Source: Yuukianura sp. NJ FZ-2021 (taxonomy: Eukaryota). Taken from it: a DNA stretch of 64,000 bases. Numbering within the stretch: position 1 is the stretch's first letter; each line of letters opens with the position of its first letter. The notes under the pieces were generated by a model, which was not told where the DNA came from, did not search any database, and saw only the letters and a program-made list of their open reading frames with translations. Of this stretch, positions 13,770-25,459 are shown one piece after another. The translations under genes were made by a program, and so were the position numbers. The stretch lies in NCBI GenBank assembly GCA_046563655.1, contig CM102286.1, forward strand, positions 11,408,001 to 11,472,000, written 5' to 3'.

Positions 13770-15589
13770 ATGGGTGCTACTTGGGGATTCTTACGTGGTG
13801 GCAATTTGTTGACAATCTTGACGGTTGCGGCAGTGGGTGCTGGTCTTGGGCTTGGGTTTGCACTGAGAGCCACTACTGAGTCACGGTGGACGCCACGGAA
13901 TGCCATGTACCTCCGACTACCCGGGGATCTCTTCCTAAGGACGTTAAATGCTCTCATCCTGCCACTGATCTTCTCAACACTGGTGTCTGCATTAGGGTCG
14001 CTTGACATGAGTCTGAGCAAGAAGATCGGACTCAAAGCGCTCGTGTACTATCTGTCTACTTCCGTCCTGGCAGCTACCATAGGAACCAGCGCCGTCCACT
14101 TCATTGCACCCGGGAATATGGCGGAGCCAGACAACTCCTGTGGTTCAGCCCCAGACGGATCCACCATCGACACTCTCCTCGACCTCCTCAGAAACATTTT
14201 CGCTCCAAATATTGTAGGAGCTGCAACGCAACACACAGAAACCATCGTCACTCCCAATGACACTTTGCGTAAGAAATACACTTGAAAACACATAAATGTA
14301 CAAACAGACGCAAAACGAGTACATTTTTGCTTCAGCGTTTGAGGAAAGGCTGTTCACTATAACACTGGTGGATGGTACGAATATGTTGGGCATTATAACA
14401 TTTGCTCTTGTCCTCGGGGTCACGCTGGGTCAAATGGCAGAAGCAGGGTCACCATTACTCGTCGTGTTCTCCACAATGGGAAAAGCAATGCTCAAAATCG
14501 CAAGGAAACTCATTTGGCAAGTATATCGCAATTGGAAATCAAAATGTAGAGGACAGAATTTCAATAATTAATATTGTAAACTTCTATTTTCAATGTTAGG
14601 TTTGGTCCCATAGCCACGCTGTTCTTGATTGCAGTTCCAATCGTTGAGCAGGAAGACATTTACGCCGTGTTTAGCAGCTTAGCGTGGTACATTGCGGTAA
14701 TGGTTGGCACCTATTTGGTTCACGGATTCGTGGTTCTCCCCATCATTTTCACCATTTTCACCAGAGAACTACCGTTTGCTTTCATTCGTGACATGGCGGA
14801 AGCCATCTTCACTGCCTTCGGAACCGCTTCTAGGTAAATCACTCACGTTTTTGAAGTTAAACGCTTAATTTATAAACAAGCGAAGTCGTCGAATTCAAAC
14901 ACTATCGTAAATTTTGGCAGCTCAGTTACTCTTCCGGTTACACTCAAGTGTTTAGAAGAAAAGCGTAAGCTAGACCCTCGAATTACCCAGTTCCTCATCC
15001 CGATTGGGTCCACTGTTAACATGGATGGCGCTGCCATTGGTGTTCCCCTCAGAGTCATCTACATTGCACAGATTTGTGGACGTCAGCTCAGTTTTGGAGA
15101 ACTCGTTTCAATTACGTAAGCCCCGCAAAGTAAAAATTTGTGTTCAAAATCTAGTTTTGTTCAAGCAATTCCTTTCTTTGAATTCAGCGTCACCTCGGTC
15201 GCTGCTAGCGTCGGTCTGGCTGGAATTCCTGGTGTAGCAATGATTGTGACCATGACAATCCTCGGAACCATCGGAATCCCAACGGATAAAATCGCTTATG
15301 TTTTACCAGTCGACTGGCTTCAGTAAGAATAAAATCAAGCAACACCCTAACCTGAAGTTGCGTATACTTTCGTCTGACCATGCTTTTGTTGTGTAGAGAT
15401 CGCGTCGGAACTGTCATCAACGTCATTGGTGATGCATATGGAGCCGCAATTATTGCTCACTTGAGTAAAGCAGATCTTCGCAAGCTGGATATGTCATCTT
15501 CTCGTGAATATAATCCAGCGCCTGCTCAGGAATCAAGTACCAGGAGAACCTTGGAGTTGGAAATTGAAAAGAAAGAAAATAAGTCCTGA
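13770..15589 (+). CDS. SLC1 (EAAT/ASCT family) amino acid transporter, multi-exon
   Basis: PGDLFLRTLNALILPLIFSTLV, FGTASSSVTLP, GSTVNMDG, ASVGLAGIP, DRVGTVINVIGDA. Confidence 0.92.
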
Positions 15590-15687
15590 CCGAAGTTCCG
15601 CTTAAGTGTAATTAACTAATAGTTATAAATAATTCAACAAAAATTAACAACTGGTTTGGAAAAATAATCATAAGAAGCCTAATTGTT

Positions 15688-18600
15688 TTAGTGTCGTCCA
15701 CGCTCGTTTCTGACTGGTGTGCCCCAGCGCCTCAGAACCATGTCAGCTCCTTTCTCTCCTATCAGATACGTACCTGTCAAGGGCAAAATCAAACACGGAA
15801 TTCATCCGAATCAAAATTTGTATAAAACTTACATATCAAAAATAAAAGTTGTCAAAAATAACTTAAAGTTAACCTAAAATTTTGAATTGCTTACCGGCTT
15901 GCGTGTTTGTGACCGGGATGAGTGGCATTACAGACGCGTCAATTACCCTGAGGTTTTGTATTCCCTGAACTCTCAGCTCCGAATCAACCACTGAAAGTGG
16001 TGACCCACGCGGTCCCATTCCCGCAGTTCCACAAACATGGTGTACCGTCACCGTGTATCGTCTGATGTAGCAAATCTGAACAATCAACAAATTCAAATCA
16101 AAAAGTCGCAACAACATTCTGATTAGTTTGCGGATTTACCCAGTAGGCGTCACTCCTAAACGGTAAATGTTCACATCCGGGAAGAGGAGTTGTACTCATC
16201 CTGGCACCAATTCTTTGCATAGCTGTGGTGTTTTCGAAAATGTGGAGAGTGGCCTTGACCCCTTCCAGGAGAACCCTCAAGTCGAGGTCGTTTTGGTCAG
16301 AAAGATAGTTGGGGTCAATGATTGGTGCGTCATGTGCACTGGATCCTCCAAGTTCAATGTACCCACGGGAATATGGTCTGGCCCCTGCAATTAGCACTAA
16401 AACCGACTCCTTCCCTACACTTGGAGCGTAGAATTTCCGTAATTCGTCTTCCTTGAGTGAAAAAGATTTGGCAAATGTTTCATAGAACGTCCTGTGCACA
16501 GAGGAGCCAACCAGAAATAGCTGAATGTCTGGCCAGTTTCCTTCTCCGCGCGCTTTTGCAAATTCTGATGAAAATACCGCCGACGCATGCGCCCCAGAAG
16601 TGCCGAGTGGACCAGCTCCAGTCGTGAACCAGTTGATGAAAGCAGTTGGGTGGATGTCACGATCAACAAAAGCAGTTTTGGGAGGATCGATTATAAATGG
16701 CGGAGAGTAAACGGCAATGTGGTCTTGCAAGTTTCTGCCAACCGGAAGATTATGCTTAACTGGAATCTAGCATAGAGATATCAAAATTTGATTGATGCAT
16801 AACTGTCAATGTTAAGTAAGCAATGGTTCATATAAAGTCGTTTGATTTTACGTTCAAGCTTTCCAAATGACGTGCTGGACCAATTCCGGACAACATCAAA
16901 AGTTTAGGTGTGGCGATAGCTCCTGCTGAAAGAATTACTTCCTTTGACGCAGTCGCTCGCTGCACCTGCCCATGTCGCTCGTATTCAACTCCGTACACCT
17001 CTCGATTCCCTTTTTTAAACAAAACCTAAACAGAAACAAAAGCAACTTGGATTTTTTTGAACCTCCGAGAAGAAAAATATTGCGTACTTTGGTAACGAGA
17101 GCATATTTGACAACGGTGAGTGACTTGCGTTTCCGAATGGGTTTGAGGAATGCTCGATACGATGAATCCCGAACCCCATCTTCCGCGGTGTGATACAACT
17201 TGAAAAATCCCTCCCCATGTCTGGCATTAATGTCGATCTCGGAGTAGCCCAGCTCTCGCCCAGCCTCCAAAAACTCATCAGCAATCCCAGTGAAATCGGG
17301 AACGGCAACATCCAGCTCACCATCAAACCCATGGTATGTGGCTGTAATTTAAAACGTTAAAAATGTCTAATCTAATTCAAATGGGTATAGCACAAACATC
17401 GTTAGAAAGTCTGGTCGGCGCGATCCGACTTTAATTTTTTATTACCTATCAGGAATGGTATGAAGGTCGAATTCAGGAAATATATATTTGTTACTAGGAA
17501 TTTCTGACTTTTAGTTCAAAAGTTATATGGTGTCAACTGCTACGGCATCGCTTTTCGCTTGACCTAAAATTAACTTTTGTACTGAAAGTCAGAAGTAGCA
17601 ATATACATACATTTTCTGAATCAAGGGATCAAGGGCGTCCAGTTGCATGGAATTACCGTAAGTCTCAATGTTGGCGTTTTTTTGACGCTAAGTTCATGTT
17701 GGTCGTACGAAGTTGAAAATTTGGTCCATTTACCTCATACCATTTCGAATAGGTGGTAAAAATTAAAGCCGGATCCCATCGACATCGACTTTGTTATGGG
17801 GTTTGTGTCATACCTTTTCTGGAGTTACCTTTATGTGCATAAGAAATGCAGTCGTAAAAGAATTTTTAGAGTACTTTTACGAAATTTTTAAACCACTACT
17901 ACAAAACTAGATCTGCAACACGGATTCGTTTTTTTCCTCATCGTGGGCTTAATTAAAATGCTAAATAGTTGACCTGGTTAACCTTGGTCAGATGAATATT
18001 ATGAATTGTGCTTAAATTGCTCTTACTGTCGCCATCTGGATCCCCGTACTTTTCGTGCTTTTTGAAATACGGAATCAAAGCTTCGTAGCCCCAAGATGGA
18101 TCCTGCGTGATGTTGGCCCAACTGTCGTAATCACGAGGATTACCCCGCAAATACAGCATTAAGTTAAGGGTAGACGTTCCACCAAGGCCACGACCCGCCG
18201 AAAAACTTGCACGCTAAAAATCGTTGAAAAAGGTTTTGAAAAATACAGTTTTGGAAAGTAAAACTTTATTTTTGAAAAAAAAATCAGACTAATTAAATAA
18301 AAAAATAACCTGAGGTAATTGCATTCGTGTTTATGGTTTTCATTTTACTACGAACCTGATTGACTGAGTTAAGTGAAGCATACTTCTGCGGAACCGTGAG
18401 ATGACCCCAGTCTACCTCAGGGTAGTTGAGTAAAAATACCGTGAAGCCTGGAATATTTTGCAGTGGGTGTGGTTCTCCGCCTGCCTCCAGCAGTAACACG
18501 TTGTAATGGCGGGATAGACGATTTGCTACTAAACATCCCGCAGTGCCGGCCCCTACTAAACGCCAAAATTTCTTTTATCAAGAACCCTGAAAGCCTATGG

Positions 18601-21600
18601 ATTTGAGCTCCTAACCAAACCCAATTTGTTTGACTAGAAGAGTATTTGACGTATTGTTTTGAATCTGAATGTCTCGAAGCGGTTCCAGGTCAATTCGTAA
18701 GCTCAAATTCATAAACAGTCAATTCGTAAGCTCAATTTCGTAAGCCGACAATTCGTAAGCACGGTCAATTCGTAAGCATGATCAATTCGTAAGCAGCCCA
18801 ATTCGTAAGCAGTGCTTTCGTAAGCCTACTAAAACCTATTTCAATTTCAAAATTTTGAAGAAAAAATAACCTAACCTAACCTAGCCTAACACAACATAAT
18901 CTAAATTCAATTAAAAGCTTAAAAACCTAACCTTACAGAACGGAAAAACAACCATACGGAAAGATTTGCTTACGAAAGGAGAATGCTTACGAATTAACCG
19001 TGCTTACGAATTTGCCATGCTTACGAATTTTCTGCTTACGAATTGTCCATGCTTACGAATTGACTGTGTTTAGGAATTGGTCTGCTTCGCTCGAAGCAGC
19101 AGAGCTCGGAATTTTGTTAATAGGTTGGTAAACAAGCAGATTGTTTTTTCTGCAATCGGCTATTCGTTAACCCCGTTTTCTGACGCAAAATTGTAGCAGT
19201 AAACATGTGCAAAAATGACGCAAAAAATTGTTTTCACTCCAAGCTAAATAGAATATTTTACTATTATTTATTAGGTACGCCCATAAAAAATTATAAACAT
19301 TTTTTGTCGATTTTTTCCCCCTCGGCGACGTCATTTCTACAGTGAGCTTCGGCATGCTCAATTTCTGCTGTTTCAGTTTCCCTCTGTTAACGATTTCATT
19401 ATTATAATAGCAAAGCTATTATTTTTAAGTCAATAATTATAATTCAAAATTTTTAAAGGTAAAAAACATTTTTAAATCCTCAACCTGCCATTGGCAGGTG
19501 CATATTATCAAAGTAGTAAAATCACTGAAATTCGAAAAAAAAAAAATAATTCGAAATTTGGAGGGCGTTCAAAATTTAAAATTTAACCAAAATAATTGGA
19601 AATAATTAAGCATTGAACATCCTGATTGAAACTTTTTCCTAAATTAGAAATCACAAAAAATATTTTCCCTTTATGACGCCATGGATTTTAATTTCTTTTT
19701 TGTCGGCATCAATATATCGCTATCGCTGCCACCCTTCTTACCATCCGTAAATATTTTGTGAATATCCAGAATATTTCGTAAATAAACTGTTTGGAATATA
19801 GCGTGATTCGTTTTGCATTGCCATTTATGCACTTAAATGGTTCGGATTTTTTGTATACTGATACCTCAGATATTTAAAAAGTATACAAAATGCACTTAAA
19901 TTGTCGCAAATAAAACCTTCGGAAATAATCCGTACATATTCAGCGCTTCTTCTGCACTCATGCACATTGGTGTGAGATTTATGTGCGGTTTATGTGAGTG
20001 ATTCTCATTTCTCTTTCTGAGAGTATTTAGTGGTGAATTATAGGTGCTGAAAAAGTATATAACAGAAGTTCGTTTGTCCGTTAAGTTTTAAACAAAGTGG
20101 TTTAGTTTTGTCTTCAACTCGTCCGTGATGGGGACCACACACTACGAAAACTTTTCAGTTGTGTTTTTCAAAGCGGAAAATAGGTTTTCAGTTGTTCCCT
20201 CATCATGGGTAGCGTTTGATGACGACCAAATACGGTGTCACTGGCCATCAAAACTAACCAAAAACGTAAACGAACTGGCTGCATCGGCTGAGTCCAAGCC
20301 AGAGAAGGACTGCAGAAAGTACGACATTGAATACGTCAAATCATTTGGTAAGCTAATTAGTACTTTAGTTGTTATTGAACTACTAACTATTCTATTAACC
20401 AACCTTCCTAGGATTTTGATTAATAAACGCTTGTTGATTATTTTTTTCAGTTTCACATGAAAAAGCGTTAAGAAAATCCAACTCTCTGCGAACTTCAAAA
20501 GTGGAGCTGAATCTGGTCTTCACACATTTGACCATAACTTGACGGAGTCACAAGGTGAGTGTCATGCAACAGTTTGACCTCATTAAACAAACAAAACTTT
20601 AGTTGTGTTGTTGTTTATTTTAGGAGCAGTCAATGAAGCAGCTCCACTGAATCTTACATCTGTCAATACTGTATCTATCGATGAACTGGAGCACACGATT
20701 CAGCAACTGCAATATAGCATCGAGGAAGAACAATACGAGTTTCGAGGTAAATTCTTATGTTATTACGCTTATCGTACTACTCAATTTCGTATTCCCAGTT
20801 ATGACTGTTCTTGTTTACTTTTAGAATTCCAACAAGCTGTCCTTGAGAATCAGGCTACTTTGAGCAGAAATTTGCCGAGTTACTCCAACTGGTCAGACAA
20901 GCATTGTCAACAAAACAAGAAACTGTTAGTAAACTGTTAGTCCTTATCCCCTGTCTCATCCACTCCCGGCAAAGTGTCTATTACTTAAGGACAAAGTGTA
21001 TTTGTTTATCCTTTAAGAGAAAGATGTTTTGTATTCCACTGTGTAATAATTAGTATTTTGTTGATACTTTATCTTTCACAATATTGATTAATAAAAATTA
21101 ATTTGATCAGAAACCGAGTAGATCTTGCTATCATTTTAGTGGATATTTCGCGTACAAAAGCTAAATGAATTGTATTCACAAGAGCAGTGCCGTTTATATG
21201 CAGAAATTTTATGTACCGATTCGGTAAGGCATTCTTATGCAGCGCTCCTTTCTCCGTGCATTTTGTGTACAAAAGTTTACGCACCGAAAATGCATATGAA
21301 ATTTGGGCAAAACCTCACTCGAGCATAACGCACTTATATTCACTAAGTATGTACATATTCCGTACGACTTGGTAACATGGGCACCTATTTGCACTCAACA
21401 TTTATAAGACATGGGATTATTAAAAAACCTGTTGTAGAAAATTTAGTTGTCACAGGAACCTTGGTTAAAAGAATTTTTTTTATGCTAAACATTTTCTGAA
21501 AAACGCTACAATATTTTTGCCGTCCTTACCAATAATGAAGTCGAACTCTTGGTCTATGGTTCTGGTAACTGCCTGCCTTCTGTCGAGACTAATATCTGCT

Positions 21601-21716
21601 TGTCTCCAGAGCGACATAAGGAGTCCAAGTGACGCCATTACGGAATATATGATAGGAACAACGACTGCTGTCTGAAATGACCCAGCATTTCTCAGCAGAG
21701 AACCACTTCCCGCCAT
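15688..21716 (-). CDS. GMC oxidoreductase (FAD glucose dehydrogenase-like). First exon is separated by a ~3-kb transposon-filled intron
   Basis: [84 protein letters not shown]. Confidence 0.93.
17383..17814. mobile_element. Degenerate MITE-like element in a GMC intron
   Basis: Imperfect terminal inverted repeats of about 80 bp (ggtatagcacaaac...ggaatggtatga vs tcataccatttc...gtttgtgtcatacc). There is also an inner inverted pair near 17502-17524 and 17571-17594. Confidence 0.6.
18681..19089. mobile_element. Foldback-type non-autonomous element with AATTCGTAAGC sub-repeats and a central CCTAA tract
   Basis: Arrays of aattcgtaagc on the left and gcttacgaatt on the right. The 8-bp direct repeat CTCGAAGC flanks both ends. 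Confidence 0.8.
19732..21381 (+). mobile_element. Internally deleted CMC/EnSpm-like DNA transposon carrying a spliced accessory-gene remnant (from ~20128)
   Basis: Imperfect ends cccttcttacca...tggtaacatggg are flanked by CA on both sides. The ORF FSVVFF...FSVVPSSW...CHWP resembles the N-terminus of transposon-borne DUF4806-type proteins. Confidence 0.55.
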
Positions 21717-22929
21717 GACAGTAAGCCAATCTCCGATGTCAGTTCAAACTAATCCAACAAGAAGTGAGCACCCGCGCTTTTTTAACAGTCAAGAACTACC
21801 GGCGATTTATGTCAACGTCGCAAAAAAAGTTGATGAAAAGACGAATGCTACATGAGGCAAAGACGTAATACAAACTGGATCGTGGTCACAAACATGAAAC
21901 TTTTTATACTATGTACTTCTTCTTCGTCCAAATTAAAAAACAAGAAACTTGAACTCAATAAAAAATTGACTCTAGAAACCTGACAGTACTTAAGTACAGT
22001 TTGGCGTTCAATTTAAAGTCTTCATTATTACTCAAGGACGTTCACACCTGCAAAATAGCTGCCTTACAAAGTATTCTGCATCGCAGTGCACGGGGTTTTT
22101 GCCCTTTGAAAAGTCATCTTCACCTTCATCTTTCTTCTGTTTACAAGGTAGGCGTACGGCACATTCCAGTGAGGCTATTAATGAAAAACATTTTCACCTT
22201 GTCCGCTGCTGTACATGGCTTCTACTAGACATTATGAAGGAATCGTTGTTTTGGAAAAGCATACGCGCAATGTCGTCGGGACACTACAACCCGTAAATTC
22301 AAACATTGACGGGCATTACTATATAGACGGCAACAAAAAACGATTTGTGCACAACATTGCCCGTGAAACCAGATTCAAGCTAACATCGTTATTCAAGCTC
22401 TGGTTTCAAGTAGTTCACTGGGGTTTGAATTAATTTTAGCTTCGAATAACGCTTACTTCAGCTGAATATTTTATAAATGTAATTTAGTCATCTTTGTACA
22501 ACTGTGTTTACTCTCAGGAAATCAATTTATTATAAACAGCGCATCGATTGAAATAATCAACTTATTTACAAAATCAATCCACAACTGGTTCTGAATCCTA
22601 ACTTCAGGCTATACTTAAAGCGTGTATAATTCAAATTCTTACCAGTTTTGCAGTTGATCCGAACTCAAATTCAACTTAATCAATGTCAGGGCGTTTCCCA
22701 AGAGGATGATTCGCATACACACCTGAACGAAGTCATTTTTTTAATGTGTTCGTTCGCCAACCTAAGTGACACAGGCTAACCGTAATTTGAAACTTAGCCT
22801 TTCGCCTCGAATAAAGTAAACAAATATGATCGTAGCCCGGAGTGTACGAAAGTAGCGAAGCACTGCATTAGCAAACAACTGCTAATGGCAGAGTATTTAT
22901 GATGAACTAATAGTGTTTTATAGTTACAT

Positions 22930-23170
22930 CAAATAAAAACAAAGTTTACCTTGACCCAGCAGAAGGTCATTTAGGGTTACAAGATACACATAAAAGTTAT
23001 TTGTCTCAATGAGATGATCAACTTTTGTAGCCATTTTTTTTGTTACCGGGAATAAAGCAGGTCGACCTTCACCTTTGACCCGAAAGTTGATGCTCATTAG
23101 AAAATACCCCCGGGACTCCTGAGTTAGTATGTTATGGCCATCCAAGATGGCGATGGCGTACGGTGCCATA
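22930..23170. repeat. Degenerate fragment of the GACCTT-motif (HINE-like) repeat family
   Basis: accttgacc, acctttgacccgaaag, caacttttgtagccatt and caagatggcg resemble 40690-41030 and 61500-62045. Confidence 0.45.
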
Positions 23171-23785
23171 ACATACTAACTCTCCTGGTAGCAAATCCAG
23201 TAAATGTTGTTGAGCCGTGTCCGAAATAATTCTTGCTGACGGCCAGCCGGTCAACAAGACACACAGACATGGAAATTCATAAAGTAGCTTTCGCTACTTA
23301 ATATAATAATCGCACCTGAGAAGCCCCAGAAATACGGGGTAGTATAAGAAGCGTTTACAAGCGTTTCAAAAATAACCACAAATCGTTCATAAATTAGACG
23401 CCAACTTTTAACAAACTGTGCCAACTTGAAAATGTTTGGGGAGTTCCAGCAGAAGTTCGCCGAGCTAGTGCCCACTGCATCCGTTGTTCCATATTCCAAC
23501 TTAACTTAACCTTTCAATTGGCTTTTACCATGCATGTTTTTGTTTCCATTTCCCTCTCAAGTTAAATTAGTATGTACATGTTGCACCTGCTGTTATTTAC
23601 TCTGGACAAAAGTGTCAAAACAATTTGCACAATGTACATTGGAGTAAGTAAATATAATTCTAAGGGCTGCAAGGTCAGATGAAATTGTAGTGTCGTCGAG
23701 AGAAAAGCATTTAAGGCAAGTCTAAGTTAGGATCAGCCTTAATTCACAAAAGCTCAGTGCATCGAAGTCAACTGAAAAATGCAAA

Positions 23786-25053
23786 ATGCTGAGTGAGTTT
23801 CAAAAGAAAGTTTTTGAAACCTCGCTCAAGAAACTATCTCAGTTGAGGGTTGTTCCCATCATCTGGGAAGAGCATCGGCTGTCAAGAAGGCGCAGTTGGA
23901 CGCAGAGTATTGCCAGCGCACTGTCACTGTTGACGCTGCTACTGAATGGCGCCTGGTTGTGTAGAGAGGCTCAACTACAATTTGATGCCAATAACCCCAA
24001 CCTTGGGATCCTCTGCACGCTGATGGGCGTAACCTCCATTGCAGGTTGCATCATCATACTGTCGCTGGAGTTGTGTCCAGATGAATGCTGTATTTTGGCC
24101 AACCATCTCATCACAGTCAATCATAAGTTCGGTAAAAAAATGAAAAAAAAAACACGTAATTGAGCTTTGTCTCAAATTTTTTAAAATTTACACAACTAAC
24201 AATGTTGTAATCACAGGACGACGCTATTTTGGAGCCGACTATATGCAAAGACCCTGGGCTGAAAAAATGTACGCTGGGATCATTTTCACAGCGGCAATTG
24301 CTGGACCTGTTTCGTCAACTCAATGCGTATTATTTTCGTTCAAATTTTCAACGGACCTGGCTATAACGGTGTGTTACCAAATTGCTGTGGTCGCTTCGTA
24401 TGTCGTTGCGTCGACGTTTCTTACTCTTGAAGCAACACTGTATGTCATCACCATACAAACAATTAAGTTCTGGGTTGTACAATGCGGGTGAGTTTCTCTA
24501 GAAGGTCAAGGTCAAGTTAACACAATTCTCACCATGAAAAGTTTGCTTTTTTGTTAGGAAAGTGTGGAGTGGAAAATTCACGAAACTAAATTCCGTAGAC
24601 ACGCCGTCGTTTCTGGTATACGAAACCATGACTTTATTGAACGATCTAAACAACACAGTTTTTGGAAAAGTGTTGTTGCCTGGCTGCAAACTAGCAGCAG
24701 TACAAGTATTCTGCATCGCAGTATACGGAGTCGTTATCCTGAGGAAGGTCATTCCCATTTTTACATTCATCTTCCTTTTGATGAATGTTTATATGGTTGG
24801 CTTCGCTCTTATTCCGGCGGGACAACTAATGTCCAGCGTTTACGAGGTTTCTTCAGACGCCCTTCGGAAGTCGGCTAGTCACGTTCTGGAAAACGGAGTG
24901 AACCAACCACAGAGTCGTAGACGTCAGAGGTCGCTACGCCTGCTAAAGTCCGACATTGGTGGACTGTACTATATGGAGTCAGAGGCAAAGCTCACGTTGT
25001 TTGACAACATCACACGAGGGATTTGTTTTATGCTCGTTTCATATAAATTATAA
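23786..25053 (+). CDS. Putative gustatory-receptor-like multi-TM chemoreceptor. Exons ~23786-24131, 24217-24488, 24558-25053
   Basis: About 370 aa with many hydrophobic segments. C-terminus RSLRLLKSDIGGLYYMESEAKLTLFDNITRGICFMLV resembles the GR/OR TM7 region. Confidence 0.65.
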
Positions 25054-25459
25054 AAACTTAGTATTAATTCCTTTAGTATTTGCCAATCATTCGCTTTGTT
25101 TTGGTGTAGTGAAAATACATGATTTGAAAGAAGTGGGCGCAAGTGGTACAAGTTGAAAACCACCATATTAGTTTATTTAAGACGTACATATAGTTAATAA
25201 AACAAGGTAACAAAAGCCAAGTACGAAGTTAATACAGCGTAATACAGTGTAAGTAGATGACATTATAAACATAAACATCAAAGAAAATGTCAAGGTTAAC
25301 TGAAGGAGCTAATTTCACTCTCTTTCAAAAGTTTAACCGAACGATGCTCCGGATTTAAACAATTCCTAGTGTTGTGAACACGTAACATGGCCGCAATATC
25401 TAAATAGATATAGCAGTCTTTTGATATTTGGTAAAAGTTGGCAGCAATTTGCCTTTCTA

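Noticed and set aside
18690..19070. CRISPR-like array of short repeats (also 39280-39530 and 60120-60370)
   Set aside because: Spacers are only a few nt, the repeats invert around a centre, and TSDs flank them. These are foldback MITEs, with no cas genes and a eukaryotic context.
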